Assembly: GCA_036785375.1 (NCBI GenBank)
Contig: JAWMAR010000006.1
Coordinates: forward strand, 992,001-1,056,000
Length of the DNA: 64,000 nucleotides
Source: Leucoraja ocellata
Lineage: Eukaryota
Direction of reading: 5' to 3'
Shown: piece by piece, positions 51,680 to 62,481 of the stretch
How positions within the stretch are numbered: the stretch's first letter is position 1
How the letters are laid out: each line of letters starts with the position of its first letter
Notes under the pieces: model-generated
Databases searched by the model: none
The model's input: only the letters and a program-made list of their open reading frames with translations
What the model was told of the DNA's origin: nothing
Position numbers and translations under genes: made by a program

Positions 51680-52616
51680 CAACGGCTTATTATAAAAAGT
51701 TATGAACGTTCTTTCCCCCCGACCATCCTGCTGTAGCCAGGATGTGGTCTATAGGCACGTCCATTCTTTTGGCCATCGACGTGGATGCTGCCCTGGTGGA
51801 GTGAGATTTGTACATGTTAGTGTTTATCCCAGCAGCTTTTAGCACCTGCTTGAGCCATCTCGAAATGGTTTGGCTCATCACCCGACGATAAGGTTTTTTT
51901 ATGACTGACCCATAAGGCTTTTTCACTCCCTTGAATATTTTTGGTTGTGTCTATGTAGGACAGTAGGTGGGTCATGGCACATAACCGTGGTTCTGGCGGG
52001 TAAGCCCGGAATTCCACGACTGGATTAGGTGTTCCTGGTCTGCTCTGTTTGATCAGTCCCTGGATAATGACAGAGATCTGGTCTGGAACTGTGAGCATGT
52101 TGTCCAGTCACAATAGGTGTAGTGACTGGACCCTCTGTGCAGATACAAGTGCCATCAACATGAGTGTTTTGAGCATAGATTGTTCCAGGTTGAGGGATCT
52201 GGCTGGTGGCCATCCCCTGAGGTATGTCAGGACCACACTGACATCCCATATATTGGTGTACCTTGGTCTAGGGGGTTAGAGTTGTAAATACCCTTCATTA
52301 GTTTGACCACCAGCGGGTGGGACCCCATGGCCTGTTGTCCTGGAGCTTGTTTTAAATAGACAGACAGGGCACTTCTAGCTGTGTTGATGGCACTGTAGCT
52401 GAGTCCTTCATCGTGGTGAAGGTTCGCCAGGAATTCCAGTACGTTGGTAACTTTAGCGGTTGAGTAGGTGGTCCCTGTATCCAAGCAGTACTTCTCCCAT
52501 TTTTTGATGCTGGACAAGTGCTGTTTTTTAGTGGATGTTCGGAGGGATGCTGACATGGTATCGTCGGTTTGTTCTGATAATCCCAGCCCCAGAAGTGGTC
52601 TGTTCAGAATCTGCAA
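51680..52616 (-). pseudogene. DIRS tyrosine recombinase (several frameshifts)
   Basis: N-terminal domain (VLEFLANL...GLSYSAINTARSALS...HPLVVKLMKGI) and catalytic part (TISRWLKQVLKAAGI, HSTRAASTS, AGWS). After a frameshift in a G run it reads TFITFYNKP, which carries the catalytic Tyr. Confidence 0.92.
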
Positions 52617-53015
52617 CCCAGCAGTTTGATTTTTTCATGGCTTATGCCTGACACTGGGTGTGTTAATAACTCTGGGTCACTGGGGAATACCATCGGAGTT
52701 TCAACAACCATGTCATGGAGTATTGGGAACCATGGCTGCGTAGGCCAGTCGGGTACTATCAAAATACCTGAAGCAGAGTCCATTTGTATTTTGCGTAGTA
52801 CCCGACTGATGAGGCAGAAGGGAGGATTGCATAGAAGACGAAATGTCCCCAATCCAGCGCGAACGCAACTACCGCTGCTGCCTCAGGGTCTGGTTCCCAA
52901 GCGACATACATAGGTACCTGGTGATTTAGCCTTGATGCAAATAAATCGATATCTGGCGTGCCATATTGCTTGATAACTTTTGCAAATATTTTGGGGTTTA
53001 ACATCCATTCGATGT
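52617..53015 (-). pseudogene. DIRS DNA N6-adenine methyltransferase-like domain (frameshifted)
   Basis: EWMLN...PDIDLFASRLNHQ...AFALDW...YA/x/PPF..I.RVLRKI...ILIVPDWPTQPWFP is the MT domain typical of DIRS1 pol. Frame change near 52825. Confidence 0.85.
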
Positions 53016-54530
53016 TGTCATTAAATTTACGTGACCTGGTGTCTGCCACTGTATTTAGCTTACCTTGCATGTAAGTTGCTGATAGCCAAATATGTCTTTC
53101 GACACACCATTGCCAAATTGTGTTGACCAACTTGTCGCATGATAACAATTTAATGCCGCCCATATGGTTAATGTAGGCCACCACCGTAGTATTATGTATT
53201 TGTAACCGTACATGCAAGTGATGCATATTTGTTGCATATGCTTTTAAATCATAAAAGGCACCCAACATCTCTAGATAATTAATGCCCAGTGTAAGTAGTA
53301 ATGATGACTCTGGGTTAGTCCATTTACCACCTGTGCTGGATATGGAGTTAGTTGCTCCCCAGCCTTGAGCACTGGCATCTGTTTGGATAACTAACGTAGG
53401 GTTAGTGATGATAATAGGGCTGAAACTATGCCGAACGTTTTTTGCCCACCACTGTAGTTCTGATATTGCTTCAGTGGGTAACTTCATGACACAATCATAG
53501 TGACCTGCATGTTGTTTTAGTGCCTGTACCTTTGCTCTTTGTAAGTTTTGATAGTGCAAAGGTCCGAATTGTGTAGCCGGAAATGCTGCTACCATTTTCC
53601 CAATTACTCTTGCTACTTGTCGAATAGTTGGTCGTTCGTTGACCATTGAATTGTTGCATGATTGTGCCAATTCAACTGTTTTGTCTCTTGGCAATGTTAC
53701 AGTGATGTGGACTGAATTAATTGTGAAGCCCAAGTGGTCCATGGTTGTGGATGGCTTCAACTTAGATTTATCTGGATGTAAGACAAATCCCAGGGGTTCG
53801 AACAACTGTTTGGTAGCTGATACAGCTGACATAGTCAATTCCATGGTCTTGCCTACTATTAAGATATCATCAAGATATGCCATGACAATATGTTTTTGTC
53901 TTCTTAATATTGCCAGAGCTGGTTTTAGTATCTTGGTGAATAATCTTGGGGCTGATGTTAACTCATTGGGTAATGCTTTAAACTGCCATAGCTGCCCCAT
54001 CCAGGTAAATTTCAGGTATCTGCTATGATCCTTGTGAATGGGTACTGAATAGTAAGCATCTTTAAGATCAATGCTTGCCATGAAGTATCCTTTGGAAATT
54101 AGTTGTTTGGCAGTAACAAAGTTTCCATTTTGAAATGTATATACTTAACAAACATATTTAGTGAAGTTAAGTCAATGATGATGCGACATCCACCATATTT
54201 TTTGGTTTTAGTAAATATATTTGATACAAATTCCAAGGGTTCATGTTTTGTTTTTTCAATGATACCCTTTGTAATTAGTCTCACCAGTTCAGCTTGTCCC
54301 TCTCGTTTTTCTTTAACTGAGAGGGAAAATACCCTCTGGGGTGAATGTTGAACTGGTGGCAATTTTTCTAGTATGAATTGTATTTTGTATCCACGAATGC
54401 CATTGAGTATATACTGATCAATCGTGATAGACTCCCATGCTTCTTTAAACAGGTGTAATCTACCCCCTGTTAGTATTAAGCCCCTACTTTCTATATGCTG
54501 GTAGGAACCAGACCCACCTACCTCCATGGT
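52853..54530 (-). pseudogene. DIRS pol: reverse transcriptase + RNase H (frameshift near 54100)
   Basis: GGRLHLFKEAW, GCRIIIDLTSLN, FKMET, SIDLKDAYYSVPI and YLDD (RT). TDASAQGWG, INYLEMLGA and NTVADTRSR (RNase H). The expected DN motif reads HN. Confidence 0.93.
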
Positions 54531-54891
54531 TATGGGTATTTCTTCTGTTTCCTCCCGGTCCAACGAGTCTTGCGCGTTGTCTGACGTGGCAGTGATGTTG
54601 GGGGGTGGCCCATTTTCCATGGGATCCGCTCTGAGCCCTGGTCTAAAAAAGACTTCCGGTGACCCCGAGCTGGTAGACATCGACTGGTGGACGCGATGGG
54701 GTGCTGCCGCTTGGGAATTATTGTTTTTGGTTTGCTCGTCCCGGGGCCTGCCCTCATGAGACCGAAAGTTTTTGAGGCCTCTTCCATATCCTTCATTTGC
54801 TTTGTGAGGTCTTTGCCAAAGAGCAGTGTGTCTGGCTCAGTGGCTAGGGTTTTGCACAAGCCCGCAAATTTAGGATTTATGGCAGGTCTTA
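54530..54891 (-). pseudogene. DIRS gag C-terminal remnant
   Basis: IRPAINPKFAGLC...LLFGKDLTKQMKDMEE resembles the DIRS1 gag C-terminus (LFG motif). It is joined directly to the left ITR. Confidence 0.75.
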
Positions 54892-54958
54892 TGTCGCGCA
54901 TGCGTGCTGAGCGGGCTCTTCACGTAGTCACTCGCGTGACTCCGAAGTAAAACAAAGT

Positions 54959-54986
54959 CTGAAGAAGGGTTTCGGCCCGAAACGTC
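54959..54986 (+). ncRNA. Minimal hammerhead ribozyme motif (PLE type)
   Basis: CUGAAGA-A-GGGU(UUCG)GCCC-GAAAC-GUC. Confidence 0.7.
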
Positions 54987-55157
54987 GCCTATTTCCTTCG
55001 CTCCATAGATGCTGCTGCACTCGCTGAGTTTCTCCAGCAATTTTGTGTACCTGCTGAAGGAACTCAGTAGGTTAGGCATTTGTGGCAAGAATGAACTTAA
55101 AGCATTTCAGATCAGGTGATATCATTAAATGTAATGGTTAATTGTTTGCATTTTCTC

Positions 55158-55533
55158 TCATAGAATCATACAGCACAGAAATAGCCCCTTCGGCCCAACT
55201 GGTTCATGCCAACCAAAATGCCCAATCCATGCTAGTCCCAATTGTCTGCATTTGGCCTATATTCTTCTAAATATTTCCTATCCATGTACCTGTCCAAATG
55301 GCTTTTAGATATTGTGATAGTACTTCCCTCAACTGCTTCCTCTGGCAGCTCATTCCAAATACCCACCCCCCTCTGAGTGACGAGGTTTCCCCTCAGGTTC
55401 CTATTAAATCATCCTCCTCTCACCTTAAACTATGCTCTTGATTCCCTAACCCTGGGAAAATGATTTTATGCATCAACCCTATCTATTCCCCTCATGATTT
55501 TATACGCATCTATATGATCACCTTCAGCCTCCT
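55158..55533 (-). mobile_element. CR1 LINE 3' fragment
   Basis: Reverse complement of the CR1 tail and ORF2 end. Confidence 0.8.
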
Positions 55534-55699
55534 GCGGTTCCGGGAGGTTGCAGGTGGTTGCCGGAGGTTGCAGGTAGTGGAAGCAATTAGGGAGACTGAC
55601 AAAAACCTCAGGGAACCTCCGGGAACCGCACGGAAGCCTTGGGTGGGGGGCAAAGTCTGCAGAGGTTTCCGTTCAGGTTTCCTAAGTGGGACAGGGGCA
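55534..55699. mobile_element. PIF/Harbinger-type MITE, type F, right half only
   Basis: Ends aagtgggacaggggca+TTA. GGAACC/GGAGGTTGC repeats. Fused to a CR1 fragment. Confidence 0.7.
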
Positions 55700-56765
55700 T
55701 TATTGACTTATTCAGATGGGATATCTTGCTCAGAATGGACAAGATGGGACAACGACACTGTTTCCATGCTGTATGACACTATGACTTTATTTTGGGCCTT
55801 TAATATTGAATTGATTTGAAACAGTCGAATGAGAAATATTCCAAGTACCTTTAGCTCCTATGTACATTTGGAGATTGTGACTGTGCCATACTTCATTAGA
55901 CTTTTTCTTAACCTCCTTTAACAAATGAAGCAATGAGCAAGAGGTTTAAAAAATAAAATCAATTCTTATGATTCAAAGTGGCTCCCTTATATTACCTGCT
56001 TCAATAACAACAGCATCTTTAGAATAAAACCAGAATTAGCGACATTCTCAAGAATCAAAAATGGTCAATAATGAGGACATTTTGTTTATGAGAGGAAAAT
56101 GCTATTAACTATCCGATATAAAGATCCATGTGGCTTTCCCTAGTGGCAGGTGTTAATAAAGATAAGTTTCCCGTTACACATGGAGTTCCTGCTCGCTTTT
56201 TAAATAATGTATTAATGTAAGGACAGGCTGAAATCTTACTTATTTGTGCTAAATGTTAAGCAGAACAAATTTTGAGATCCTGAATTTGATAGAGCTGTTA
56301 AAATGTTATGATGGGGAAAACAAACTAAAATCGCCAGATCAGTGCTTTTGTTTGCAGACAAAAAGATACCACGTACGCATTTCAATTTAAAATGAAGTGA
56401 CATTTAGCAACAATTTTTTTCCATTACTGTACCCAACGTTGGGGACATTTTAATGTAATATAATAACTGAAGTCTAATGTCCAAGGAAATAAATGTTCTA
56501 ATCCATTCACCTACACTATCCATTAGCTAAGCAAGGTTAATATATACATGCCATGGTAAAGGTGCCGGTAGACCATCACAAAAGAAGCACTGGGACAGGA
56601 TATGATAGAGTAAAGTGCTTAGTCCTGGGCATAAGTTGGATACATGGGCGTTGTTGGCAGAGTTGCCATTTACTCCCCATCCCTACCACCAGTGAATAAT
56701 TTGCTGGGTCACATCAAAGGGTAGTTAGGAATCCAATGTATTGATGCGGGGCTTTTGTCACTTTA

Positions 56766-57088
56766 ATTTAGTTTAGTTTAGTTTAGTTTAGAGATACAAC
56801 ATGGAAACAGGCCCTTCGGCCCAAGGAGTCCTCCCAGACCAGCAATCCACGCACATTAACACTATCCAACACACACGAGGGACAATTTTGCATTTACGCC
56901 AAGCCAATGAACCTACAAACCTGTGCGTCTTTGGAGCATGGGAGGAAACCGAAGATCTCGGAGAAAACCCACGCAGGGCAAGGGGAGAATGTACAAACTC
57001 CATACAGATAAGCACCCGTAGTCAGGATCAAACCCGGGTCTCTGGCTCTGTAAGACAGTAGCTCTACCACTGCACCACAATGCCGCAC
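56766..57088 (-). mobile_element. HE1/V-SINE
   Basis: Full reverse-complement match. Confidence 0.9.
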
Positions 57089-57587
57089 TTGTAGACTAAA
57101 TGATTAGCTTTCTGTCCTAGATGTCATCAGCAAGCTTGCTGAGTTTATTTGACTTTTATCAGAACCTGTACTTTTCATTGCATTTAGTATTTTGTGGTGA
57201 TACTGGATTCAAATTCTCAAGTTACAGTAGTGTTTCTAGAATTCATTCCTACTGAATTATTGACGTGGGCTTCTAGATTACTAGCAATGCAAACACCATG
57301 TTGCTGTGCTTGATTAAGGAATGAAGGGCTGCATGTTTTTCGGAGTTGTTTTGCATCACTCCTGAAATTTGATCCCTTGCACTCTCCATCAGTGCTTTTT
57401 TTTGTGATGGGACATGCCAGTGTGGAGTACCAGCATCTCTAAAAAGGTTAAATGTCATTAAGCCTGGCAAGTAACCAGAGGAAATGTGCATGAAGGAACT
57501 GCAGATGCCGGTTTAAACTGAGGATAGACACAAAATGCTGGAGTATCTCAGCGGGACGGGCAACATCTCCGAAGAGAAGGAATGGGT

Positions 57588-57615
57588 GACGTTTCGGGTC
57601 GAGACCCTTCTTCAG
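57588..57615 (-). ncRNA. Minimal hammerhead ribozyme motif (PLE type)
   Basis: CUGAAGA-A-GGGU(CUCG)ACCC-GAAAC-GUC. Confidence 0.7.
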
Positions 57616-57768
57616 ACTGACGTCAGACAGGACGGAGATACAATGATAAGGAATTGTGAAGGTGTGAAAACAGGGCCAAGGGAATGGAGATCAAGGAAAA
57701 TGATCAGTGTTAGCTGGGAGAAGGAAACAACAAAGCAAACAGAGATAAAATGTAGTCGGAGACATTAA

Positions 57769-58014
57769 AGGGCCTGTCCCACTTTCACGACCTAATTCAC
57801 AACCTTTTTTACTCGTGGACATTTTTCAACAGGCTAGAAAAATGCCCTGACCTACTTGATGCTACGAGTCCCTACGACTAGCATCACAGCCTGCTACGAC
57901 CTACCCACACCTCCTATGACCTCCTACGACCTTGTGACGACCATGCTGCGAGTATGAGTCAAGGGCAAACTCGGCAGAGGTTGTGAATTAGGTCATGAAA
58001 GTGGGACAGGCCCT
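57769..58014. mobile_element. PIF/Harbinger-type MITE, type E, inside a Penelope 3' region
   Basis: ~35-bp TIRs, perfect TAA TSD (57766-57768, 58015-58017), CTACGAC repeats. Confidence 0.9.
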
Positions 58015-58658
58015 TAAGACTGGTCGGAGAACTGGAGAGAGGGATGGAGAGAGAGGGAAATCAAGGGTTACTTGAAGTTAGAGAAGTCAATACAGTTGAG
58101 GGGAGGTTTTTTAATAGATAGATAGTTGGACAAAGGGCAGAGATGAAAAGACAGAAGGTGCGAGACAAAAAGATTGAAGAGTAGCAAATTGTGACCATTT
58201 GAACCATTAAATTGTGAAGCTAGATGAAGGAATGTTGGCAGAACAGGAGGGAGAAGGGGAGATAACAATGTGTGTCCTGGTGGGGTATAGGAGAGTAGGG
58301 GAACCAAGAACCAGAGATCATAGGTTTAAACTGGGAGGGGAAAGATTTAATAAGAACCTGAGGGGCAATTTTTGGTGGGTATATGGAATGAGCTGCCAAA
58401 GGAGGTAGTTCAGCGAGATACAATAACAGCTACTTGAATTTGGCTTGATTACATTCATGTATGTAACATCTGATTTAATCGGATAGCATGCTAAACAAAT
58501 CTTTTCACTGTACTTCGATACACGTCACAATACTAAATCTGTATTTTAATTTTAATTGCTATTTATTTTGTAACGAAAACTGAATGGACACTGGTTGAGA
58601 AATGTTTTTTTGTTTCCTCTGAGTATGCGAATACTCAGGAAATGACAATAAAGATTTA

Positions 58659-58701
58659 CAATTACAATTACAATTACAATTACAATTACAATTACAATTA
58701 C
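58659..58701. repeat. (ACAATT)n LINE tail microsatellite
   Basis: About 7 tandem units after atgacaataaag. Confidence 0.9.
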
Positions 58702-58872
58702 TTAATGGTCAGGAAAACACAAAGTGCTAGAGGAACTCAGTGGGTCAGGCAGCATCTGTGGAGGGAAATGGACAGATAGCATTTCAGGTTAGGTCCCTTC
58801 TTCAAACTGATGGAGTAAGGGGGGAAAGAAAGCTAGAAAATTAAGGTCAGCATAGACATAGACAGCATAGAC

Positions 58873-59046
58873 AGGTCTTTTTTTGATCCCTTTCACACAC
58901 TCACTATCCTAGCTCACTTTCTTTACTTTTCTCCTTTTTAAAGTCTAAAATATGAAGTGGTACAGGAAATGTATTGTGTTATTTTTGGCTTATATTATTG
59001 TAATGTACACTACTTCTAATAAATAAAATTATAAAAAAAAAAAAAA
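58873..59046 (+). mobile_element. L1/Tx1-like 3' UTR with poly(A)
   Basis: acttctaataaataaa + poly(A), flanked by agcatagaca repeats. Confidence 0.6.
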
Positions 59047-59334
59047 AGCATAGACATAATGGGCAGAAGGGCCTATCAAAATACTTTATGACCCATGACT
59101 ATGTCTTAGCCACAGACTAACTGCAGAAAAGACTGCCAAAGAGATGATGGAAAATGCTGGAGAACTTGGATCCAGTGATCTCCTGCATCAATGTCCAGAC
59201 CCATTTACTAATTTGCCCTGATGAAGTCCCCTGACACAAAAGGTCACAACCTCAACTGCAAGGTGAGGGGAGGAGTGTGAGGCAGAGATTGCACCATGTT
59301 GCACAGAGGTGCATTAATTAAAACAGCTACAGCA

Positions 59335-59770
59335 CATGCAAAAGTACAGCACAAGAACAGCCCTTCAGCCCCCAATGTCTGTGATGAACAAGATGCCGAC
59401 ATCTTATCTTATCTACCTGCATATCCTTCCACTCCCTGAATATCCATGCGTCTATCTAAAAGCCACTTAAATGTCGCTATTATATCTACTTCAACCACCA
59501 ACCCTGACAGTGTGTTCTAGGCATCCACCACCCTCTGTAAACAAGCGTTGCCCTGCACATCTCCTTTAAACTTTGCCCCTCTCACCATAAAGCTATGCCC
59601 TCTAGTTTTAATTTTTCCATCCTGGGGGAAAAGGTACTGACCGTCTACCCCATTCATGCCGCTCATTGTTTTATGTTATTCTATCAGGTCTTCCACAACT
59701 TCCGGCATTCCTGAGAAAACAATCCAAGTCTGTCCATCCTCTCCCCATAGCTAATACCTCTTAATCCAGG
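59335..59770 (-). mobile_element. CR1 LINE 3' fragment
   Basis: Reverse complement of the CR1 ORF2 end and tail. Smaller pieces at 35095-35250, 60188-60330, 60942-61045 and 61375-61520. Confidence 0.8.
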
Positions 59771-61072
59771 TTATGATCATTGAAGAACGGAATAGATGTT
59801 TACAGATAATTGGACAGTTGCAGAAGGAGAGAGGCAGGCCCTCTGCATAACACATCCATAATCAAATGGTATTTCTTATTTCATGTTTCAAAGGCCATTT
59901 TGGTGTGCTTTGCTCTCTGATGTCAAATGAGAGCCATTTTCTCAGTATGGGAAGTGCAATTTCACAGTCAGGGGAAACTTGTGTTGTCCTTCTATGAAAA
60001 CCTGACACCGTGCACAGGTCAAACCCTTCCATTTGTATCCTGACTGGAAGTACTTGGATCAAATTTGCGGTTTTGCAGTTTCACCCAAGAAAGAAAGCCA
60101 GTGTGACACTGCGGGCAAAATCAATCCTTGTGCATTTAGTGCCGGATGAGCTAAACGATGTGAGACTGGATAGGCTTGAGTTTGTTTCATAGAGTCACAG
60201 ATGTCATACAGCCCATGCTGAACAACATGCTCCATCTACACGAGTCCCACCTGCCTGTACTTGGCCCACAACCCTCTAAACCTACACTATCCATGTACCT
60301 GTCCAAATGTCTCTTAAACATTATGATAGTTTCTTCTAAGCAGAAGATAGATACAAAATGCTGGAGTAACTCAGCGGGTCAGGCAGCATCACTGGAGAAA
60401 TTAAATAGGTATTTAATAGCTCACTGCTTTATTAATATATTCTTAGAGGGATCTAGAAGTGTAAGTGCATTGTGTCTTGAAAGTGTTGTCACAGGTGGAT
60501 AGGGTGGTGAAGAAGACTTTCGGCACATTGGCCTTCATCATTCAGAATTGAGTATAGAAATTGGGAGGTTATGTTAGTTATATAAGACATTAGAAATTAA
60601 TATTTTCAATATTGGCATATGGGCATTCTAGTGTGAGGTGCATGACGAAAAGTGCTAAAAATTGTCATAATCATAATCATACTTTATTAGCCAATTATGT
60701 TTTGCAACATACGAGGAATTTGATTTGCCACACATCACAAAAGCAACAAAACACACAAAATACATTTTAACATAAGTATCCACTACAGTGACTTCACATT
60801 CCTCACTGTGATGGAAGGTGAAAAAAAAAGTTCAATCTCTTCCCTTCTTTGTCCTCACTTCCGTTGACGGGACGATCTTGGCTCCCGTAGTTGGCGGTTG
60901 AGCCCTACGCGTCGGGGCGATCAAGTTCCCGCATTGAACAATAGCCAGCACCGCCATTCATTGTAATCATGGCTGATCGTCCCCTATCAATAAGCCTTCT
61001 CCCCATATCCCTTGACTCCACTAGCCCCTAGAGCTCTATCTAACATTAATCTACAGGATCTATTAACCTCTG

Positions 61073-61261
61073 CTTGGCCAGCCTTCACAAATGGGGCAGC
61101 AGCCCAACCCCACGGTGTGCTTGTGGAGAGCAGCAAACAATGCAACACATCATTGAAGCATGCCCTCAACAAAGACTCAAAGGAGGACTTGTCACCCTTC
61201 ATACAGCAGATCAAGAGGCAACTGCTTGGCTAAAGGACTTTGCATTCGATAAATAAATAAA
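61073..61261 (+). mobile_element. Ingi/Vingi-like LINE 3' end with 11-bp TSD
   Basis: LHKWG...CACGEQQTMQHIIEACP...GGL..LH.A...A.AWL (CCHC zinc knuckle) and an (aaat)n tail. attaacctctg at 61062-61072 and 61262-61272. Clade assignment is from motif recall. Confidence 0.75.
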
Positions 61262-62247
61262 ATTAACCTCTGTAGCTCACTTAAAAATAACCACAAAGGG
61301 ATTTCATTAAGCAATCATAGGCCAATATGATGAATGGTATGCTTAAGGATATTTTTATTCGAGTCATGGATTCATTGAGCTGTGCAGCACGGAAACAGGC
61401 ACGTTGGCTCATCTTGTCCATGCCGCCCAAGTTGGCATTCTGGGCGAGTTCTATTTGCATGCAATTGGCCCATTCCCCTCTTTATCCTTCCAATACACAT
61501 ATTCGTCCAAATGTCTTTAACATTAAAGTCCACATTGGCATTGTAAGTGTCTTACGCTTCGTCGAGTACAGATTTTATTGTATGAATTACCCTGGGAGGA
61601 CATATTATATAATTTGAATATTAGTTGCCTTTCCCCGTAATACAAAATAATTAAACTAGGTATCCACTACCAATGAAAAAGCTCTGTACAGATACTGTAG
61701 GAAACAGGTGAAACAGTATACACTTACGGCAATCTAATTACAGGCATCTCAGGTTCTCGCCTAAGTGAAATCTTTTGCATTATTAAGCCAGTAAATTAGA
61801 TTATTGAATGAGATAGGCAGCAAGGTAATCAGCATTAAAGAATCATTAGCTCTTTATTCTGCATCCAACAGCTAATAATATCAGCGTCATTATTTTGGAA
61901 GCCAATGATTCTGTGGGCAAACACTGTGCTCATTAGCAAAGCCTTTGGATTGTTGTGCGATGCATTTTCTGGTACAGTGGCAAAATATTTTAGTTGAACA
62001 GCTAAACGCAGATTGAATTCCAGCGCATGATTTATATTTCAGGCTCTGCATTACGAGTTGTGCTTCTTTCTGGTGAGATAGCGGTTACAAATGGATGTTC
62101 CGAATGGATTAGCAAGGATTGAGAGCCGATCTTATTTTAGAAAACAATTGGATACATATTAGAGTCAGTTGCACTGGAGGGTAAAGAGGTGAATAATTGT
62201 ATTAGTTGTGCAGCACAGCATTCTTAACTGCATGAATGCCACAACAG

Positions 62248-62461
62248 GGGCGGCACGGTGGCGCAGTGGTAGAGTTGCTGCCTTACAGCACCAGAGACCC
62301 GTACAAGTTTGCAGGTTAATTACCTTTGGTTAACAATTGTGAATTGTCCATAGTGTGCAGGAAAGTATAAGTGTGCGGGGATCGCTGGTCAGCGCGGAAT
62401 CGGTGGGCCAAAGGGCCTGTTTTCATGCTGTATTTCTAAACTAAACTAAACTGAACTAAAC
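62248..62461 (+). mobile_element. V-SINE with internal deletion
   Basis: Head joined to the 3' half at gagaccc|gtac. Confidence 0.85.
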
Positions 62462-62481
62462 CGATCAACAGTATTCAGATA

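Larger units (their letters stand above)
51144..54952 (-). mobile_element. DIRS1-like tyrosine-recombinase retrotransposon, degenerate, with internal 5' deletion
   Basis: Domain order gag-RT-RNaseH-MT-YR on the minus strand. Inverted terminal repeats (51216-51250 vs 54891-54925) and an internal complementary region (51368-51480) matching both ends. Termini lie in A-runs. Confidence 0.95.
57486..58092 (-). mobile_element. Penelope-like 3' end with intact hammerhead motif
   Basis: IDFSNFK-stop at 58068-58091, then 3' region, hammerhead core at 57588-57615 and terminal unit. Confidence 0.85.

Noticed and set aside
52815-52830. Canonical NPPF methyltransferase catalytic motif in ORF 52604-52852
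   Set aside because: It arises at a frameshift. The upstream frame reads FYA and the downstream frame PPF, so the ancestral motif is probably YAFPPF and the N is an artefact.
53639-54028. Plus-strand ORFs over the DIRS element
   Set aside because: Antisense shadows of pol with no motifs.
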